A stretch of DNA of 64,000 nucleotides from an uncultured virus (IMG/VR IMGVR_UViG_3300026116_000007) (lineage: Duplodnaviria; Heunggongvirae; Uroviricota; Caudoviricetes), in the IMG/VR virus record IMGVR_UViG_3300026116_000007, one strand, 5' to 3'. The notes under the pieces were generated by a model. That model had not been told where the DNA came from. It worked only from the letters and a program-made list of their open reading frames with translations, and did no database searches. Below, piece after piece: positions 50,956 to 59,340 of the stretch; the first letter of the stretch is position 1, and each line of letters opens with the position of its first letter. The position numbers were made by a program, and so were the translations under genes.

Positions 50956-51144
50956 ATGAGGCAATTCTTTATCGCACTATTGGTTGTTGGTATTCTATTT
51001 GGCATATGTGGTGGTCTTGTTGGATTTGCGAGTGTTATTGCTATGATTGACACGTTTATGTCAAAGTTCTTTATCACCCCACTATGGATACGAGTACTGG
51101 CATTCTTTGGTTTATTCATAATCATCATGATAGGGAGGAAATAA
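50956..51144 (+). CDS. Small two-TM membrane protein
   Basis: AAGGAGG RBS; hydrophobic. Confidence 0.6.
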   Translation: MRQFFIALLVVGILFGICGGLVGFASVIAMIDTFMSKFFITPLWIRVLAFFGLFIIIMIGRK

Positions 51145-51150
51145 ACATCT

Positions 51151-51223
51151 GGGGATGTAGCTCAATGGATAGAGCACCAGCCTTCTAAGCTGATTGTTCT
51201 GGGTTCGAGTCCCAGCATCCTCA
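51151..51223 (+). tRNA. tRNA-Arg(UCU)
   Basis: Acceptor GGGGATG/CATCCTC, D-arm GCTCAATGGATAGAGC, anticodon loop CTTCTAA, T-arm CTGGGTTCGAGTCCCAG; no encoded CCA. Confidence 0.92.
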
Positions 51224-51225
51224 CT

Positions 51226-51327
51226 AAGGAAGTCAGAAGCGGTTCCCTTGGACACACGAGCGAAGGCGAGCAGGCGTGGACAATCCATGGTCAAGAAAGA
51301 AATGAACCACTGACTTCCTTTTTTTTG
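51226..51327 (+). ncRNA. Structured RNA / long terminator directly after tRNA-Arg
   Basis: AAGGAAGTCAG/CTGACTTCCTT closing stem, inner GGTTC/GAACC and CTTG/CAAG stems, T-run. Confidence 0.45.
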
Positions 51328-51363
51328 CACGAGACGTAAACAAATTTATCAAAGGAGAACAAA

Positions 51364-51567
51364 ATGAAAAAAGCATTTATTATTCAGGAAACTAAAGACT
51401 ACGCAATGGGGGTATACCTTGTATTTGCTGAGAACGTGAAGGAAGCAAAGACTACTCTCTTCAATTATGAAGGGTCACTTCACGGAGGGGTACGCAAGGC
51501 TATCATGGAAGTTCAAGCTCAATTCAATGGTCAATACATCATCGAGTTAGGTTCATATATAGAATAG
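51364..51567 (+). CDS. Hypothetical protein
   Basis: AAAGGAG RBS. Confidence 0.55.
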   Translation: MKKAFIIQETKDYAMGVYLVFAENVKEAKTTLFNYEGSLHGGVRKAIMEVQAQFNGQYIIELGSYIE

Positions 51568-51575
51568 GAGGTCTC

Positions 51576-51863
51576 ATGACTGTATCACCATGCAACTTCG
51601 GAAATCTGAATAAACCCATCAATGAACCACTTACCGAACTGGAAATCCAGGTGCTAAAGGTGATGGGAATGAAAAAGATGAATGCACCTGACCTTGACGT
51701 ATGGGATGCTAGTTTGATTTGGCTAATGGCTGAAGCTCAAATGGGTCACTTCGCACGGTTAGCTACAGCATTCCCTGAGCTTGGCGAAGTCATTGCTTCG
51801 TTTATGTTTGGTAATCTTCAGACACGATACGAGGCTCAAACAAAAGAAGTTTGTGAAGCATAA
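51576..51863 (+). CDS. Hypothetical protein
   Basis: AGGAGG RBS. Confidence 0.55.
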   Translation: MTVSPCNFGNLNKPINEPLTELEIQVLKVMGMKKMNAPDLDVWDASLIWLMAEAQMGHFARLATAFPELGEVIASFMFGNLQTRYEAQTKEVCEA

Positions 51864-51872
51864 AGGAGAACA

Positions 51873-52064
51873 ATGACCAATCTTCAGCAACTTGCAAATG
51901 AAATGAGAAAGAAGATTTATCTTTATCGTCTGAGCAACATGACGGTCGCGCACTCAGTAACTGCCTACTCTGTTGGAGACAAAGTTGAAAACATAACAGA
52001 GGACCAAATAGGAAAACTAACAATTATTGAGATTATAGGAGCATATGTTCCGAAGGAGGAATGA
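51873..52064 (+). CDS. Hypothetical protein
   Basis: AAAGGAG RBS. Confidence 0.55.
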   Translation: MTNLQQLANEMRKKIYLYRLSNMTVAHSVTAYSVGDKVENITEDQIGKLTIIEIIGAYVPKEE

Positions 52065-52303
52065 TGGCAAAGAAAAGGGGTGGTTACAAGAATTTGACTG
52101 GCAATTGGCAGGATACGGTGAACGGGATTGTCCGCTCTGACAATTTTGTTCCTGGCGAAGGCGCAAAAGGGTATTCTCCCGACTGGGACAATCGTCCGCC
52201 TGTTCGTGATAGTGGCGGTCGTCCACTAATTCCTGGCGGCAATGGCAAAGTTGATTGGGTAAGATGGGCAGCCGAATTAGAAGAACAGAAAAAGAAAGGA
52301 TAG
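52061..52303 (+). CDS. Hypothetical protein
   Basis: ATGA coupling. Confidence 0.55.
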   Translation: MMAKKRGGYKNLTGNWQDTVNGIVRSDNFVPGEGAKGYSPDWDNRPPVRDSGGRPLIPGGNGKVDWVRWAAELEEQKKKG

Positions 52304-52304
52304 C

Positions 52305-52523
52305 ATGTCAAGAAGAGGTACAAAATATAACGACATGGAGCTCTACGACTTTATCAAAAAGTATATAGAGCTCCATAAGTATTCCCCTTCACTGAGGGAA
52401 ATGGTAAAAGGAACTTCATATACGTCAACGAGTATTGCAACCTTAGGAGTAAATCGACTCATTAGAAGAGGGTATATCAGTAAAACTCCTCTTATCGCAA
52501 GGGGGATAGTAATTATCAAATGA
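52305..52523 (+). CDS. LexA-like winged-HTH DNA-binding domain protein (no peptidase domain)
   Basis: LYDFIKKYIELHKYSPSLREM..STS..L.RRGYI...ARGI, matching the LexA N-terminal domain pattern. Confidence 0.8.
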   Translation: MSRRGTKYNDMELYDFIKKYIELHKYSPSLREMVKGTSYTSTSIATLGVNRLIRRGYISKTPLIARGIVIIK

Positions 52524-52533
52524 GGGGGACCAT

Positions 52534-52680
52534 GGGTTGTTACTCAAGTGGATGAAGAGTGTAGGATGTCTGGTTGAACATTATTAATGAGAGTCTTGGG
52601 ACTACAGGGATAATGTGACAAGCCTACGATAATTTGGGACTAACCATTCCATCACGTGAGTTCGAATCTCACACAGCCCA
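52534..52680 (+). tRNA. tRNA-like RNA (class II body) with about 50-nt insertion in anticodon loop
   Basis: Acceptor GGGTTGT/ACAGCCC-A; D-arm CTCAAGTGGATGAAGAG; stem GTAGG/CCTAC; T-arm GTGAG-TTCGAAT-CTCAC. Confidence 0.7.
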
Positions 52681-52705
52681 CTTTTTCATTTTGAAAGGAG
52701 AACAT

Positions 52706-52912
52706 ATGGTAAGTATAGAAGTAAGAATAACCCCACAATGTGGCCACGAGCAGTTTACTTATGACTGCCTATGGTGTGCGGAGTCAAAGGTAGTTCAAAG
52801 AACTATTGTTCAATTCATTGAAGATAAGAAGGGACCATTCAAGTCACACTCACAAATAGAAATGAAAATCACTGACTATTCAGGATACGAGGGTAATGAT
52901 GAGACCATCTAA
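52706..52912 (+). CDS. Small Cys/His hypothetical protein
   Basis: AAAGGAG RBS; CGH..CLWC. Confidence 0.55.
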   Translation: MVSIEVRITPQCGHEQFTYDCLWCAESKVVQRTIVQFIEDKKGPFKSHSQIEMKITDYSGYEGNDETI

Positions 52913-53348
52913 ATATGAAACCTATATGGAAATTGCAAAGATGTGGGCCAAACAATCTACATGTTCAGCACGTGTAGCGGTTGGAGCAGTCATCGTCAAT
53001 AAGTTTGGCCAAGTGATTGCGAGTGGGTACAATGGGTCACCCCGAGGTCATCCCCACTGTGATGAAGTTGGTTGTGACCTTGATGCTCTAGGTCACTGCA
53101 AGAGAGCTATTCACGCTGAATTGAATGCTATATTACAGTGTGCGAGAGTGGGTGTCTCATGTGACGACTGCTTTATCTATATAACTCATTCACCTTGTCC
53201 TCGATGCTCATTGATGATTGCCCAATCAGGGATTATAAGAGTCGTCTATGATAATCAATATGGGGATTTGACTGACTCATCCGATATTCTTGCAGTCTCA
53301 CGTATCCCAATGGTCCCATTTGTAAAGGAGGTAGGATGGACTTCATAG
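52896..53348 (+). CDS. dCMP deaminase (ComEB-like)
   Basis: STC..VGAVIV, GYNGSP, IHAELNAI, PCPRC. Confidence 0.92.
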   Translation: MMRPSKYETYMEIAKMWAKQSTCSARVAVGAVIVNKFGQVIASGYNGSPRGHPHCDEVGCDLDALGHCKRAIHAELNAILQCARVGVSCDDCFIYITHSPCPRCSLMIAQSGIIRVVYDNQYGDLTDSSDILAVSRIPMVPFVKEVGWTS

Positions 53349-53581
53349 TCGAGGTGCACACCACATGGTGAGAGGAAACAAAATTCCTCATAAAAGGCTG
53401 TTCTAGCAGTGATGATGCACGTTCACAATTGGTAGAGCATTACAAAAATCACCGTCACGTTGACCTTCATCCTTGCATCCCTCCTCCAACGAAACGTGAT
53501 GTTGGCTTTTATATCTTTGGAGTTGATGAGGTGAAAGATAAAATCACTGAGGTCCATGACTACTATCCACCGGAGGAATAA
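53336..53581 (+). pseudogene. ORF interrupted by in-frame TGA at codon 12 (pseudogene or readthrough)
   Basis: AAGGAGG RBS, ATG 53336, TGA 53369-53371, frame continues to TAA overlapping next ATG. Confidence 0.45.
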
Positions 53582-53781
53582 TGCAGGAGCGTCGCAAAAA
53601 CTACAAACAAGTCCTGAAGGATAGCAAAGCAGCAAAAACCCAAAATGAAAGGAGCAAAGAGCTTTTTGACCAACTTGATGAAATTAGGGGCAAAATAAGA
53701 GGATGTGGGATAGACTATGATTTGTATTGCAAATATAAGCAACAGGAAATGGAAATCATAGCCAGGATAGCTACCTTTTAG
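53581..53781 (+). CDS. Hypothetical protein
   Basis: GGAGG RBS. Confidence 0.55.
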   Translation: MQERRKNYKQVLKDSKAAKTQNERSKELFDQLDEIRGKIRGCGIDYDLYCKYKQQEMEIIARIATF

Positions 53782-54093
53782 AAGTATTGAAAAATTATGT
53801 GCCGATGACACACAGGTACATCCAGAGAGTCGACTCATTTATAGTTGAGTAACCTATCACCTATCAATGATAATCTACTCTGGGAGCTTCTGTGTGCCAC
53901 TGTAAGTTTCATACCCGTGCATTCGTTCAATAAGGATACCTTATAAAGAGACCGACCCTACTACCATCGTACTAGTCGACAAAACGTGGATGTGGCTAAG
54001 GCGACTTGCGGGAGATTTCGGGCGAACCGAACTGCACGGACCGCAATCATTGATGGAACTTCCATCTGATAATTTTATGTAAGGAGAAAAATA

Positions 54094-54477
54094 ATGAAAA
54101 TCATAAAGAAGGAAACTAAGGAAGACATTCGTGCACGAAAGCAGCGAGAGCGTGAACTGAAGATTGCTGAACGTGAAGAGAAGAAGGCCGAGCGAGAGCA
54201 GAAAAAGCAGGCTCGTCTCGAAAAGAAAGAACTTCGCGAGGCAAAGCTACGCATTCAAAAACTGCCTGCCAAAAAGATGACCCCCGCTCAGGTCAAGACC
54301 GTTTTGACCATCATCGACCCTGATGAAAAGTTTTCAGCAAAGAAAACCAAATCAGTCAGCGCACGAATCAAACAGATTGGGGACCTAAAGCCTGGAGTTA
54401 TCTCTAATCGTTTACGAGCTCGTCAAGCTCAAGTCAATATGATACAGGCAATTTTCACTGTTGTAACTGGAGAGTAA
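54094..54477 (+). CDS. Highly basic coiled-coil protein
   Basis: K/R/E-rich; AAGGAG RBS. Confidence 0.6.
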   Translation: MKIIKKETKEDIRARKQRERELKIAEREEKKAEREQKKQARLEKKELREAKLRIQKLPAKKMTPAQVKTVLTIIDPDEKFSAKKTKSVSARIKQIGDLKPGVISNRLRARQAQVNMIQAIFTVVTGE

Positions 54478-54479
54478 AA

Positions 54480-54707
54480 ATGAATACACCTAATCTAAAG
54501 AAAGTCAAGTTGTCAAGTCTCAATGCGAGAACACGCGATATTGCCGAATGTTTTGCTCTTGCTTGGGGGACCAAGGTTATAACAAATGAGCAGGAGGTTT
54601 ACGTTTCAGAAAAGGAAACGAACCTACGCAAAATTACGGTCATTTACACTGATGACGGTTATCGCATTGATGAAAATACGTCTATGCCCTTCCGCCTTAC
54701 TCACTAG
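54480..54707 (+). CDS. Hypothetical protein
   Basis: GGAG RBS. Confidence 0.55.
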   Translation: MNTPNLKKVKLSSLNARTRDIAECFALAWGTKVITNEQEVYVSEKETNLRKITVIYTDDGYRIDENTSMPFRLTH

Positions 54708-54763
54708 AAGGAACTAGGTAATCTTTTCAGTCGTGGTTCGAGAGTAATTGAAAAGAGGGGGAT

Positions 54764-54904
54764 GACAGGGACAAGCCAGTCCATGCGTCTACTACTTGCT
54801 GTTCAACCTACGCTAAGAGTCTTGAGGTACGAAAGGCCCAGTTAATCAAGATGCAATTAGTAGGAGTAGCCAGAACCGACCCTGATGGGACGCTGTGAGA
54901 TTGG
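54764..54904 (+). ncRNA. Putative pseudoknotted ncRNA, copy 1
   Basis: GACAGGGACAAGCCAGTCCATG...CGACCCTGA-N4-ACGCTGTGAGATTGG. Confidence 0.55.
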
Positions 54905-54951
54905 ACAAGACATTTACCATCTGAGTTTCACTTGTAGAAAGAAACTCAGTA

Positions 54952-55121
54952 GACAGGGACAAGTAGTCCATGTGTTGAACGTTTAGCAGTGTGCTGAGTC
55001 TAGCGATATTTGCAGGTGTTGAGAATGAGGAAACTCATTTGAGCCCAAATAGGAGGTAGTTCGAAGCATAACAAATTGCATTGCTAACAACAAACGACCC
55101 TGACGCAACGCTGTGGGACTA
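54952..55121 (+). ncRNA. Putative pseudoknotted ncRNA, copy 2
   Basis: GACAGGGACAAGTAGTCCATG...CGACCCTGA-N4-ACGCTGTGGGACTA. Confidence 0.55.
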
Positions 55122-55512
55122 TACGTTTATCTTATATATGCAGTTGACCTCTATGAAATCAGATGGAGGCTCTGCAAGAAAGGAGGTTCCTACCGCTCTT
55201 CATAAACTATAGGCACGGGCTTGACCCGAAAGTAGCCACTGATTGGTAATCAGTCCGACCTCGACGTGGGAGGTTGATGTTTATGATAAATGCTAAACTT
55301 TTTCCATAGAGTAAATGAGAATAATTATAGAATGCACGTTGTAAGACAATGGGTTACCTCTATCCTATATAAGCGACAATTACAAGCTTATATAAAATGA
55401 GTGAAATGACAAGTGTCAGAATAAATATCGGATGGCAAACACTGTGAAATCATTCGAGCTTGTCAATTTGAATTGAATGAAAATAAAAATACACCAAGGA
55501 GTAAAGATTAAG

Positions 55513-56370
55513 ATGGCTAAAACAATTAGTAAGACTAAGACAAAGTCAATTATCCGCAAAGGTCCAGCCTCTGGCAAAAAGTCAAATGACTTCATCGTAG
55601 TGAAAGAGGATGAGCCCGCAACGATTGTTCCCATTCTGCCCACAGGTGAAATCAATTCGATTGACCTTCACGCCTTTTGGGCCATCAACCCAGCGGTGAC
55701 CTTCGCTTGCATCAAGGGTAGCGACGATGCGGGCGATGGCTGCCCTGGCTGCCTGCTGGGAGACAAAGCCGGTTATCGTGCATTCCTGCCGGTCCTCGAT
55801 GCTGAGGGCGAGCTCAAAGTGTTCCCTTTTGGAATTTCTGTTGAGCGTCAGTTGGTTACCCTCGAGGATGAACTTGGGACAATCGTTGGAACAAAGCTTC
55901 GTGTTAAACGCACTGGGAATGGTTTGGCAACCAAGTACCAGGTTATCAACCTCGGCAAAGAGGTCAAGATTGACGTTGATGAAGATGATGCAGCCAAGTT
56001 TGTAGAGGCTCACATCGAAATCAAAGACCGCGACAAAATCGTTGACGAGCTCACCGCAGCTGGCCTTATGGGTAAGAAAAAGAAGAGCAAGCTGGCTGAG
56101 GAAGAGGACGAAGACGAGGATAATGACGAGGAGGAAGAGGACGATGATGACGAGGAAGTAACCCCCGTCAAGAGCAAGAAAGCAAAGGTGGTTGAGGAAG
56201 AGGATGATGACGAGGATGATGACGAGGATGATGACGAGGATGAGGAAGACGAAACTCCCGTCAAAAAGTCCGTCAAGAAGGTTCCAGCTAAGAAAGTACC
56301 AGTCAAGAAAGCTGCTCCAGTAGCTAAAAAGCCGGTTAAGAAGAGTAAAAAGAGCGATGATTGGGAATAG
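55513..56370 (+). CDS. Single-stranded DNA-binding protein (T4 gp32-like) with acidic and basic tail
   Basis: H..C..CPGC Zn site, KRTGNGLATKYQV, long D/E tract, C-terminal DDWE. Confidence 0.75.
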   Translation: MAKTISKTKTKSIIRKGPASGKKSNDFIVVKEDEPATIVPILPTGEINSIDLHAFWAINPAVTFACIKGSDDAGDGCPGCLLGDKAGYRAFLPVLDAEGELKVFPFGISVERQLVTLEDELGTIVGTKLRVKRTGNGLATKYQVINLGKEVKIDVDEDDAAKFVEAHIEIKDRDKIVDELTAAGLMGKKKKSKLAEEEDEDEDNDEEEEDDDDEEVTPVKSKKAKVVEEEDDDEDDDEDDDEDEEDETPVKKSVKKVPAKKVPVKKAAPVAKKPVKKSKKSDDWE

Positions 56371-56827
56371 TCTCGACGACCTTCTCAAACTTCAAACTGG
56401 TCTTATGCGTATTTTGGGAGTTGACCCTCTGTCGGGAGCAATCTCGGCAGGGGGTAAACCCTCTATGACTGAGCTTGGAGCAGCTATCAGCATAACGTGT
56501 GAGTCAGCCGAAATTCTTGAAGCAATGGAGAAGGCTGGACGAAAATGGAAAGAAAAAGAGGGTAGTATTGAGGCTGAGGTGAAAGAGGAGCTAATAGATG
56601 TAGTATTCTTTGTCTTAGAGTTAGCCATCCTTCTGAACCTCACTGGTGAACAACTGGCTAACCTCTACGTTGAGAAGTACAAAAAGAATTTGCTTCGCTA
56701 CTTAGAGGCCACAGCTAATAGTGGTGGAGTAAGCAGTCTGCTTGTCTCAGCAATGGATGAACAATTCGGATATGCTGAGACAGAGAAGATTATCAAAGAA
56801 GCACTTGGAATAAAGGAGGTCAAATGA
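56357..56827 (+). CDS. All-alpha NTP pyrophosphatase (dimeric dUTPase/dCTPase/MazG-like)
   Basis: ESAEILE, KWK, EELIDVVFF, YVEKYKKN. Confidence 0.8.
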   Translation: MIGNSLDDLLKLQTGLMRILGVDPLSGAISAGGKPSMTELGAAISITCESAEILEAMEKAGRKWKEKEGSIEAEVKEELIDVVFFVLELAILLNLTGEQLANLYVEKYKKNLLRYLEATANSGGVSSLLVSAMDEQFGYAETEKIIKEALGIKEVK

Positions 56828-57447
56828 GTGGACTCGCCCCCTACCTTCTTGGTTGTTCAGCCTGCACACAGTGCGAAGGGGCAGCCTACCAGCTGCCTCC
56901 ATTCCTTTATGCAGGGTCAAGTACTCCAACTGTTTTGGTTATGGCCCAAAATCCAGGTGAAATAAAAGAGGATTGGCGCTTGGATTTATCAAAGCTTATC
57001 GATGAGAAGACCACAGGTGAAACACTCAAGACTATCTATGATATAGATTTCATCACCTCTCATGGTCACAAACAGATGACTAAAATCTTTGGAGATACTT
57101 GGCTCACAAACGGTAAGTTCATGTATACGAATGCAGTTCGGTGTAGGACTAAAGATAATGCTCCTCCATCAAATGAGATGATTGAGAACTGTTTAGCGTG
57201 GACTTACCAATTACCAATCCCACAAATTGTTATTCTCATGGGAAAGATTGCAGTGAAACAATTCTGCACAATGGTAGGAAAAAGTGAACTCCCTCTTTGG
57301 AGGACTGTGAAGCTCACAAGGTCAAAGTCTAAAGTGACTTATGTTACAACTATGCCGCATTATTCAGCTATGAGGTCACACTCAGATTTTGATGATGCTA
57401 AACGTCTCTTTGAGAAAACCCTTGAGGATGCCGAGGTGGTGTTATGA
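56824..57447 (+). CDS. Uracil-DNA glycosylase superfamily (family 4-like, Fe-S) protein
   Basis: CSACTQC, AQNPG, TNAVRCR, ENC, MGKIA, PHYS. Confidence 0.8.
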   Translation: MSGLAPYLLGCSACTQCEGAAYQLPPFLYAGSSTPTVLVMAQNPGEIKEDWRLDLSKLIDEKTTGETLKTIYDIDFITSHGHKQMTKIFGDTWLTNGKFMYTNAVRCRTKDNAPPSNEMIENCLAWTYQLPIPQIVILMGKIAVKQFCTMVGKSELPLWRTVKLTRSKSKVTYVTTMPHYSAMRSHSDFDDAKRLFEKTLEDAEVVL

Positions 57448-58727
57448 AAGCAAAGAACATCATCCTTGGCGGAGGTTTCGCTGGCCTACAATTAGCCTCG
57501 CTGTTGAATGACTCTATTATCATTGAAGCATCCCCTTCAGTAGGTGGACTTTTGAAGTCCTTCAAATCAGATAGTGGACAATTCACGTTCGACATTGGCG
57601 GCCACGTCTATACAACGAAGGATGAGCTTCTCAGCGACATCATGCATGACTCAAATCCGAATTACTTCGCTGAGCGAAAAGCATACTATGATTATCAAAG
57701 ACAAATCCCATATCCAATTCAGTACCATGCTGATGAGCTTGGAATAAAGCTAATGCACACTCCCAGCGAAAGACCTCCAAGCTTAGCCTCACTACTCATC
57801 CACGAATTTGGTCAAGAGTTCTATGAAAAAGTTTTAGGGCCGTTCAATAGGAGAGTATGGTCAACGAGTCCTAGTCAGATGGACACTGATTGGATTGATG
57901 GACGCATCGCAAAGATTAGTGAATTTGGGAATAATTGGGGAACAAATTCATCCTTCTATTATGCTTGTGGCGAAGATATCCTTGAAACAATGAAAGCAAG
58001 ACTTCGACTCACTGGAACTCGTATCTTTACCGACTCATCAGTCATCGACATAAAGCCTAATGATAAAGAGCTCTATGTCGATTGTGTTTTCCCAGCAGTC
58101 TATAAAGGGACAATCACGTATGAGCATCTATTCGACACAACTGGGATGCTTCTCAACATGAATGACCAAATCCTTCCACACAATGATGTCCTCACAATTG
58201 GAATTGGTCTAAACCGAAAACTCGACGTTGACTTCCACTGGTGGTACAATTCAGTTGAGAACACATCCCCAATTCATCGCATTACCCTACTCAGTAGGTA
58301 TAGCGAAAAACTTGCACCTGATGGAGTGGACTCTCTCCTCATCGAAATCCCATACAAGAACTATAACAATAGGGACATCTATGAAAGTGAAAATGATAAT
58401 GAGTACTTCTCAAGAATTGGGGTACTAAGCCTGCTTCGTAGAGCAAATTTCAACTTCATAGATGATAGTAGCATAGAAGAGATAGTCAAAATCAGGTCAA
58501 AAGGGTATCCAATTCCTGTTATAACACATCGCACCAAAGTTGCAATTGCAAGGAAAAATTATGCAGAGAATTGTGCCTATTTAGTTGGTAGATGGGGAGC
58601 CCATGGGTACTACAACCTCGACCACATCATTCATGACGCAATTTCAGCAGTGAGTGCTTCACATAATGAAAAAGTTGAGGACTACTATTGGGCAAATCAT
58701 TACTACAAAGAGAAAAGGAGATTTTAG
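57444..58727 (+). CDS. FAD-dependent oxidoreductase, UDP-galactopyranose mutase-like
   Basis: GGGFAG, EAS..VGGL, FDIGGH, PFNRRVW, GYPIP, GRWG..YYNLDH. Confidence 0.75.
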   Translation: MKAKNIILGGGFAGLQLASLLNDSIIIEASPSVGGLLKSFKSDSGQFTFDIGGHVYTTKDELLSDIMHDSNPNYFAERKAYYDYQRQIPYPIQYHADELGIKLMHTPSERPPSLASLLIHEFGQEFYEKVLGPFNRRVWSTSPSQMDTDWIDGRIAKISEFGNNWGTNSSFYYACGEDILETMKARLRLTGTRIFTDSSVIDIKPNDKELYVDCVFPAVYKGTITYEHLFDTTGMLLNMNDQILPHNDVLTIGIGLNRKLDVDFHWWYNSVENTSPIHRITLLSRYSEKLAPDGVDSLLIEIPYKNYNNRDIYESENDNEYFSRIGVLSLLRRANFNFIDDSSIEEIVKIRSKGYPIPVITHRTKVAIARKNYAENCAYLVGRWGAHGYYNLDHIIHDAISAVSASHNEKVEDYYWANHYYKEKRRF

Positions 58728-58728
58728 T

Positions 58729-59340
58729 ATGCTGTACATTTTTGAAGGGCCACGTAATAGCGGCAAAACAACTACTATCAACACGACACTTGCTTTGCTG
58801 AAAGAAAGCGGGAGGACGGCCTACACGATAAAATTCCAAAGGACCGCAAGACCTGCTCCTCCCGTCTTCATGATTGACTTTCTCACCAGGAACTACCTCG
58901 CTCTCATTGATAGCAGGTCAATCTGTTTGCTTGATAGGTTCCACCTCACTGAATTTGTGATGAGGACTCTTGATAAAAAGGTAGATACTCACGTGCTCGT
59001 AACAACTACTCATATGATTGATGAAACGCTTCGGAACATGGGGGCAGTAACTTTCATTCTCGAAGCAACCGCTGAGACTCGTCAGGCTCGTCTGAAACTG
59101 AGAGACGTTGACCACAACAAAAAGGAGTGGTTATCATATGATGAGCTTGACACCACTTGGACGTATGCAAGAAAGATTTTCAACGAGAGCGAAACTCGTA
59201 TTCGCAAAATTGAAAATCGTGATGATGGCCTCAAGTTGGCTAGGGAGATTGTCAAGCATGTTGATGGAGGGAAACTTCTCAACGAGAAAATCCCTTTTCT
59301 CCCTCCAATCATAATCAGCAATGAGGTAGTTTTAGCATGA
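58729..59340 (+). CDS. dNMP (thymidylate-like) kinase
   Basis: IFEGPRNSGKTT, LDRFHLTE. Confidence 0.8.
   Translation: MLYIFEGPRNSGKTTTINTTLALLKESGRTAYTIKFQRTARPAPPVFMIDFLTRNYLALIDSRSICLLDRFHLTEFVMRTLDKKVDTHVLVTTTHMIDETLRNMGAVTFILEATAETRQARLKLRDVDHNKKEWLSYDELDTTWTYARKIFNESETRIRKIENRDDGLKLAREIVKHVDGGKLLNEKIPFLPPIIISNEVVLA

Noticed and set aside
52534..52680. tmRNA or tRNA-Sec
   Set aside because: Too short for tmRNA and has a D-stem; 7-bp acceptor and no UCA anticodon obtainable
55582..56388. 268-aa hydrophobic minus-strand ORF
   Set aside because: Antisense shadow of the acidic repeat tract of the SSB gene
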